Below, piece after piece: positions 59,096 through 64,000 of a stretch of DNA of 64,000 bases. Each line of letters opens with the position of its first letter. Within the stretch, counting starts at the first letter, position 1. Origin of the DNA: an uncultured Methanosarcinaceae archaeon (GTDB lineage Archaea; Halobacteriota; Methanosarcinia; Methanosarcinales; Methanosarcinaceae). The DNA lies in the NCBI GenBank assembly GCA_963733675.1, contig CAVTET010000001.1:576001-640000 (forward strand). The letters run 5' to 3'. The notes under the pieces were generated by a model. The model saw only the letters and a list, made by a program, of their open reading frames with translations, had not been told where the DNA came from and did no database searches. The translations under genes were made by a program, and so were the position numbers.

Positions 59096-60128
59096 GCTAT
59101 TGAAACAAAATCAAAAGATATGGGATCTTTTCACCCGAAAAGAAGAGTATTATCCCAACAATTTGGATGAACACGACCGTTTCCTCTACGTTGAAAGCGA
59201 CCTTGAACAAGCCTTTGAGCCGGAGGTTTCTAGATATCTAGTTGATAAAGGGATGGAGATTGAGTATCCTGAGAATAAAACCTTTGCCGTTTGTTTGACT
59301 CATGATGTAGATGATATTTATCCACCGCTTTCCCATAGCTTACTTTCCTCAGTCAATTGCTTGAAAAATTTGAATTTTCAAGATTCTGTAGCCCATATAC
59401 TGTGGAAGTTCAGGGGAAAAGAACATTCTCCTTATGTTAACCTTTCGGAAATCATGGATCTTGAAGCTAGATTTGGAGCCAAGTCCTCTTTTTATTTCAT
59501 TGCTGCAGAAGATGACCCTATAAGATTCAGATATTATATCGAGGATATGGAACACCATCTAGGAGAGATTTCAGATAAAGGATGGGAAGTTGGCCTTCAT
59601 GGGGGTTATTATTCATATAATAATCCAGAAGCAATAAAAAAAGAAAAAAAAAGACTTGAAGCTGTTCTGGGAAAAGAACTCATGGGTTTTCGCAACCATT
59701 ATCTGAGATTTAGAACTCCAGATTCTTGGGAAATACTGGCAGATGTTGGTTTCAGATATGATTCCACTTTTGGACTCCAAAATTCAGTCGGCTTTAGGAA
59801 CGGCATGTGTCACCCTTTCATACCATATAATCTAAAAAAAAACCGGGAAATAAAGATTCTCGAAATTCCGCTTGTTATAATGGATGTTGCTCTTTTTTCA
59901 GTTTCAAAATCTTATGAGGAAGCTTGGGAATGCACAAGGAACCTGATTGATAACACAGCAAAGCTTAATGGTGTTATTACACTATTATGGCACAATTTTG
60001 TTTTCGGTTGCAGTTTCCGAAAGGATTGGGTAAGACTATATGTGAAGGTGCTGCAGTACTGCTTTGGAAAAGGAGCCTGGATGACAAGCGGGGACGAAAT
60101 TTACAGGTGGTGGGAAGATAGATCCTGA
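59079..60128 (+). CDS. Polysaccharide deacetylase family protein
   Basis: LTHDVD, EVGLHG, RNHYLRF, YDST. Confidence 0.88.
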   Translation: MRVMHELLKQNQKIWDLFTRKEEYYPNNLDEHDRFLYVESDLEQAFEPEVSRYLVDKGMEIEYPENKTFAVCLTHDVDDIYPPLSHSLLSSVNCLKNLNFQDSVAHILWKFRGKEHSPYVNLSEIMDLEARFGAKSSFYFIAAEDDPIRFRYYIEDMEHHLGEISDKGWEVGLHGGYYSYNNPEAIKKEKKRLEAVLGKELMGFRNHYLRFRTPDSWEILADVGFRYDSTFGLQNSVGFRNGMCHPFIPYNLKKNREIKILEIPLVIMDVALFSVSKSYEEAWECTRNLIDNTAKLNGVITLLWHNFVFGCSFRKDWVRLYVKVLQYCFGKGAWMTSGDEIYRWWEDRS

Positions 60129-60144
60129 GTTTGGAGGAAAATAC

Positions 60145-61044
60145 TTGCTGATTACGCCTGCAAAGAATGAGGAACAAAATTTGCTTGAGGTTTCGAGGTC
60201 TGTAACTGGACAGAAAATAAAACCTGAGCTATGGGTGCTAGTTGACGACGGTAGTACAGATAAGACCCCCTATATTATCAAAAACCTCATGACCAGGCAC
60301 TCCTGGATTCAGAGCATAAGACTGCCCCCAAGACCAAGAGACATAACTTTCCACTACAGCTATGTCTGCAAGCAGGGCTTTGATTATGCACTTGAGTACT
60401 GTAGAGAGAAGAACATCAAATTCGAATACATAGGCCTTCTTGATGCTGATACGGTGCTGGAAGGAAACTATTTTGGGAAACTTCTAACTAAGTTCAAAAA
60501 AGATAATTCTCTCGGAATTGCTAGTGGAGGTGTGTATTACAATACTGGCGGGAAGCTTTCGTTGGAAAAGACTGATAAAAACCTTCCTCGTGGTACAGGA
60601 CGATTTTGGAAAAAAAAATGCTTCATCGAGACAGGCGGTTACCAAGTGGAGCCATCACCAGATTCGATTTCAAATATAAAAGCTCTCTTGCGAGGCTGGA
60701 AACTCATGCAATATCCTGATATTATTCAGATTCAGATGCGCGAGACAAGCGCAGCAAATGGGCTATGGAGTGGATATGTCAAAAATGGATGGATGGCTTA
60801 TTATCTTGGCAAAAATCCTCTTGTAGCTCTACTAAACATACTTTACCACTCCGTAAAATACCCTTACTATACAGGAGCTGCGTACTTCTGGGGATACATT
60901 AGTTCTGCCATCAGAAGGGAGAAAAAAATCCAAGATCCTGAAATAAGAGCCTACTACCACACTTTCACGTTCTCAAAGCTGTCTTCCAGAATTTCTGGAA
61001 TTTTTGGCCGAAACTCCAAAGATCCACATAATGTAGAGCATTGA
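60145..61044 (+). CDS. Glycosyltransferase family 2
   Basis: ITPAKNEE, VDDGSTD, LDAD. Confidence 0.9.
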   Translation: MLITPAKNEEQNLLEVSRSVTGQKIKPELWVLVDDGSTDKTPYIIKNLMTRHSWIQSIRLPPRPRDITFHYSYVCKQGFDYALEYCREKNIKFEYIGLLDADTVLEGNYFGKLLTKFKKDNSLGIASGGVYYNTGGKLSLEKTDKNLPRGTGRFWKKKCFIETGGYQVEPSPDSISNIKALLRGWKLMQYPDIIQIQMRETSAANGLWSGYVKNGWMAYYLGKNPLVALLNILYHSVKYPYYTGAAYFWGYISSAIRREKKIQDPEIRAYYHTFTFSKLSSRISGIFGRNSKDPHNVEH

Positions 61045-61090
61045 TTGTTATTGACCATTCAAAAAGAAAGATCTCTAAGAAGATGATATT

Positions 61091-62338
61091 TTGAAGATGC
61101 TTTTTCTGGACATAGTATGGCCTCTTTCTCTGGCTGATGGCTCGCTTATTCACAGATATGAGCTTGTATGCAATCTGGCTCGGCTGAATAATGATATCCA
61201 TATATTTACTACTGACAAAGCTTTTCTTTCAAATATAGCTAACATTCACCATCATTATGTATCACCTGGAAGCTTTTTTTCTCTTACTGTTAGTTATTTA
61301 ATTAATTCTTCAAACCTTCTCAGAACCGAAACTTTTGATGTACTGTATACCCGCAATCCAAACTTCGGCTTTCTTTCGGGAATATTCTGCAAAAGCAGAT
61401 TCAAAAAGATGGTTTACGAATTAAACGGGATTCCTGAGGATGAAAGCAGTCTTTTCAGGACAAAATTTAAAAAGAAAAATCCGTCTCAGAAAAAAAAGAG
61501 TGAGGAGTTCTCATTTTCAAAAATTTACTTCTCTGCTAACGCAAAGCTCAAATTATTTATTCTCAAAAAGACTCTCGGATTTTCTGACAAAATAATTGCT
61601 GTGACTCCCGGAATAAAAGCAAATGTTGAGAAAGTCTATAACATCCCTGGAAGAAAAATAGTAGTGGTTTCAAATGGGGCAAACACCTCTCTGTTCAGAC
61701 CACTTAAACAAGAAACCTGCAGAAAGGAACTTGGATTAGACGCTGAAATTTCTTATGTATCCTTTGTGGGAAATTTCGCTCCTTGGCAGGGAGTTGAATA
61801 TTTGGTAAAAGCAGCTCCCTTTATACTTTCCCAGTTCCCAAAATGCCGTTTTCTAATTGTTGGAGATGGTATCATGAAAAATGAGCTTATAAAGCTCTCC
61901 AGAGAACTTGGAGTTGAAGACAGATTCATTTTCACAGGTGTAGTGGAATATTTTCGCGTTCCTCTTTACATCAATGCGAGTGATGCCTGTGTTGCTCCCT
62001 TTATATTTGCCAGAAATGCAAAAATAGGCCTTTCTCCATTGAAATTATATGAATATATGGCCTGTGGGAAGCCAGTTGTTGCAAGTGGCATAGATGGCGT
62101 TTCAGATATACTTGAGGCTTCTGAAGGAGGAATATCTGTTATTCCTGAAAATTCAAGTGCTCTTGCAGAAGCTATCTTAAAGCTGCTTGGAAATCCGAAT
62201 TTAAGGATAAAAATGGGTTCGAAAGGATTAAGATATGTTACTGAAAATTGCAGCTGGTACAGTGTTGCTAAACAGGTTGACAGAGTCTGCAAATCAGGAC
62301 TTGAGAATGAAATCCTGAATCTATATCCCTTTGTATAA
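61091..62338 (+). CDS. Glycosyltransferase family 4
   Basis: NGAN, FVGNFAPWQG, SPLKLYEYMACGKPVV. Confidence 0.92.
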   Translation: MKMLFLDIVWPLSLADGSLIHRYELVCNLARLNNDIHIFTTDKAFLSNIANIHHHYVSPGSFFSLTVSYLINSSNLLRTETFDVLYTRNPNFGFLSGIFCKSRFKKMVYELNGIPEDESSLFRTKFKKKNPSQKKKSEEFSFSKIYFSANAKLKLFILKKTLGFSDKIIAVTPGIKANVEKVYNIPGRKIVVVSNGANTSLFRPLKQETCRKELGLDAEISYVSFVGNFAPWQGVEYLVKAAPFILSQFPKCRFLIVGDGIMKNELIKLSRELGVEDRFIFTGVVEYFRVPLYINASDACVAPFIFARNAKIGLSPLKLYEYMACGKPVVASGIDGVSDILEASEGGISVIPENSSALAEAILKLLGNPNLRIKMGSKGLRYVTENCSWYSVAKQVDRVCKSGLENEILNLYPFV

Positions 62339-62790
62339 AAAATCTATGCTTAAATATAAACTCAAGCACACTATACTTTGTAAACAGCTATATATTCTAG
62401 ATAATTTGAAGTTTTTTTCGATTCTTTAAAGTCCTGAGGACAAAATATTGATATGAAATATGTGAAAAATCGAATTTCTTAGCTAACTTCTTTGTTGCAA
62501 AAATCAACTATTATAGAAATCAAAATTCATGATGAATTGGAGAGGAAGATACTGTTGGCGATGTGCACACCAGCAGTATCTAAGTTACTTAAAGAAGTTT
62601 CATAATCTGTCCTGCGAAAGTGTATTAACCGTCGTACTTTAGAAATTTTTTCATTTATTCTTTTTTTAAATATGATATCCAGATTTACCAGATTTGGGGA
62701 AATGCAAATACTATACAGTTATTTAAACTAAAAAATATCCCATACAAATTTTAGTCTCACTTAAATATTACCCACTTGTATTTTAGGAGT

Positions 62791-63655
62791 GGTTCCGTTG
62801 CAAAAAAATCCTTTCTAATGATATAATAAAATAAAAAGAAAACCAAAGGTAGTAATATGCTATCATGCTATCTCATTCCTTTAAATGGAAGCATTATGAA
62901 GGAGAAATTATCTTATTGAATGTAAGATGGTACTTAAAATACCCATTGAGCTATAGAAGTTTAAAGGAAATGATGATAGAAAGAGGAATTCAAGTTGATC
63001 ACAGTACTATAATGAGATGGGTACATCAATATTTTCCTGAAATAGAAACGAAGAATAAGAAGACATTTAAGACCCACAAATGATTCGTAGAGAGTTGATG
63101 AAACCTATATCAAAGTAAATGGTAAATGGAAATATCTTTACCGAGCAGTTGATTCAAATGGAGATACAATTGATTTCATGTTAAGTGCAAAACGAAATAG
63201 AATAGCAGCGAATAGATTCTTTAAGAAAGCTTTGAGTTCTAATCATAATCAAATTCCAAGAGTAATAACAGTTGATAAGAATCCAGCTTATCCACCTGCT
63301 ATAGATAAACTGAAAAATGATAAAATACTACCTAAAAACGTAGGCATTAGACAAATCAAGTATTTGAATAACATTATAGAACAAGATCATAGATCTATAA
63401 AGCGGATAGTTAATCCAATGTTAGGATTTCAGTCTTTTCGATCTGCTAATAAAACCTTAAAAGGAATTGAAGCTATGAATATGGTCAAAAAAGGACAAGT
63501 CAATAATCTCAATTACTCGGTTCGTAATGAAGTCAAATACATTAATCAATTGTTTGGTATGGTTTTATAATGTTAGTACATTTTCCTTGAATATTTTGAT
63601 TTTTATTCATTACTTATAGATTTACATATTTTTTTGAATTTTTTGCAACGGAACC
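62791..63655 (+). mobile_element. IS6 copy C (865 bp), transposase with +1 frameshift and TAG
   Basis: TIRs GGTTCCGTTGCAAAAAA / TTTTTTGCAACGGAACC. Confidence 0.95.
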
Positions 63656-64000
63656 ACATTTTGTGATTTACTTTTCTAATAGCTTTAAGTCTGTGTTTTT
63701 TCAGACGAAGGTTCAAAAACTTTTAAGTTTGTTTTTGGACCATAATTTGAATTGGATGCATGATGACTTTTAGGTAGCCATCCATTTCAAAATCGCGAAA
63801 AAAGCTTAGTATGCAATTTCGAAAGAATAAAAATTGGGATTTTTTGTATATGTGTTGTCACAACAGGGTTATAAGCATTTAACCCCATTTGAAGTAAATG
63901 CGCCAAAGTGTTGTGATTCGTGTTTAATTCTAGGTATAACTCTTAAATAAGTTTATACATATATATGTCCACATATCCCTTATATAGCTAATATATTTAC

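Overview
AT-rich archaeal DNA that looks like Methanosarcina: it carries an fpoO paralog, afpA, cofE, a MEDS/PocR/PAS kinase, YVTN/PKD surface proteins and a C/D-box sRNA. It is heavily eroded by pseudogenes and IS remnants (IS200/605, IS6, IS5, IS110). The main hidden structure is a 14.3-kb integrative element (31247-45564) inserted into an IS200 tnpA gene. It is bounded by a 13-bp direct repeat GTTGGAGCTGAAC. Its reconstructed attP is an imperfect inverted repeat (24/27 nt arms) around a 7-bp core GGAGCTG. The element encodes a tyrosine integrase, regulators, a bacterial-type DnaG primase joined to a family-A DNA polymerase fragment, and stress/surface cargo. A second PolA remnant lies at about 1-640. 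Three IS6 copies share an in-frame TAG at a conserved Trp, and other genes (hsp20, nfeD, IS200 tnpA) also carry in-frame TAGs, which suggests possible pyrrolysine readthrough. Three 150-bp IS6-type MITEs are present. The right end of the window is a surface-glycan cluster, part of which is bracketed by two inverted IS6 copies. All family calls come from reading motifs by eye; no database search was run.
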